A DNA stretch of 60,930 nt, the filler included. It is 5 parts of 5 records of this genome, joined end to end, with 100 filler letters (N's around TTAATTAATTAA, not from the genome) between each part and the next. Parts side by side here need not be neighbours in the genome. Positions count along the whole stretch, not along the records: positions 55,194 to 60,930 come from SRR31156797_7650; 4 more parts are not named here. One strand, 5' to 3'. Position numbers and translations under genes: made by a program. The notes below the pieces were generated by a model. The model did no database searches. It was not told where the DNA came from and saw only the letters and a list, made by a program, of their open reading frames with translations. Shown here piece by piece: positions 60,305 to 60,930 of this stretch; position 1 is the first letter of the stretch; each line of letters starts with the position of its first letter.

Positions 60305-60930
60305 TTTATTTCAATTCATTGTTAATGGGTCAGCTCGAAGACATTTCCCTTGCCAAAATTGCCGGAACATCTTCTTCTACAGGGCTGGGCTACTATACTT
60401 TTTTGAGATAGGTTCTAAAAAGAAGTTTGGAAAACCATACATGACAAGGGGGTATTACGACAGTGGACCCCACGGTATATGTCGGAAAAATTATAGTTTT
60501 TTTTACAATGAGCCTTGCCACCGTAGGCAGGAATATTGTATTGATTGAATCTCTCGGTGAAGTTTTCTGATTCAGAAGTCCCTGACAGCAGCAATCGATA
60601 TGATGGAAGCAAGCTTCCAATCTCCGTACACACGCCATTTGTATCAAGTACATAAGAATTGTCGACCCGGATCTGGATAGCCTGGGTTCAAAAACAAAAA
60701 AGATCGAGATCGAAACCCGTTTTAGAACCTTGAATCATCGGTTGGGTTTTTTCGGTATATGCAGCTGCATGGAAGAAAAATCTTGTTAGCGTTCCCAGGG
60801 CACCGCATCTGTTTTGTTGCCGGACACTTCAAGGATGCCCAATACCTCTGTGTACCCGGTGTCGCGCATCTACGGCACCGAGCAAACGCATACCATGCAG
60901 TGCTTTACGACACAATTGTTCGCTCAACCC

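Noticed and set aside
60305-60930. ORFs at the window end
   Set aside because: Short, without recognisable motifs; possibly decayed sequence, so not called.

Overview
The window is not one locus. It is five contigs joined by 100-nt spacers (N44-TTAATTAATTAA-N44) at 16011-16110, 41902-42001, 47724-47823 and 55094-55193, and they appear to come from at least four organisms (taxonomy is inferred from protein style). (1) 1-16010, spirochaete-like: an Rhs toxin tip with a decayed orphan Rhs module and candidate immunity genes, AT-rich lipoproteins, a signal-peptide tail-collar protein, and an 11-gene T2SS-like operon. (2) 16111-41901, Desulfovibrionaceae-like: an IslB-like glycyl-radical activase, a sigma54 regulon (TauE exporter, amidohydrolase, TRAP), a TolC/PAS-fused adaptor/ABC exporter, three MscS genes (two tandemly duplicated), and a second sigma54 regulon whose ~365-nt leader is highly structured and non-coding. 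(3) 42002-47723, Desulfobacterales-like: two PAS histidine kinases behind a c-di-GMP-I riboswitch, and a divergent XRE-HTH/Hsp20 fusion. (4) 47824-55093, Bacteroidetes-like housekeeping genes (MutS2, BNR sialidase-like, AGCS symporter, VanX-like, Tex). (5) 55194-60930: the end of a bacterial microcompartment locus (aldehyde dehydrogenase, two GlcG-like, GrpU-like, PduS, PduT) and a MarR pseudogene. The best novelty candidates are the sigma54-driven structured RNA at ~37600-37950, the PAS-fused periplasmic adaptor exporter, the probable organosulfonate sigma54 module, and the T2SS with tail-fibre-like cargo. All family calls come from motif recognition by eye; no searches were run.
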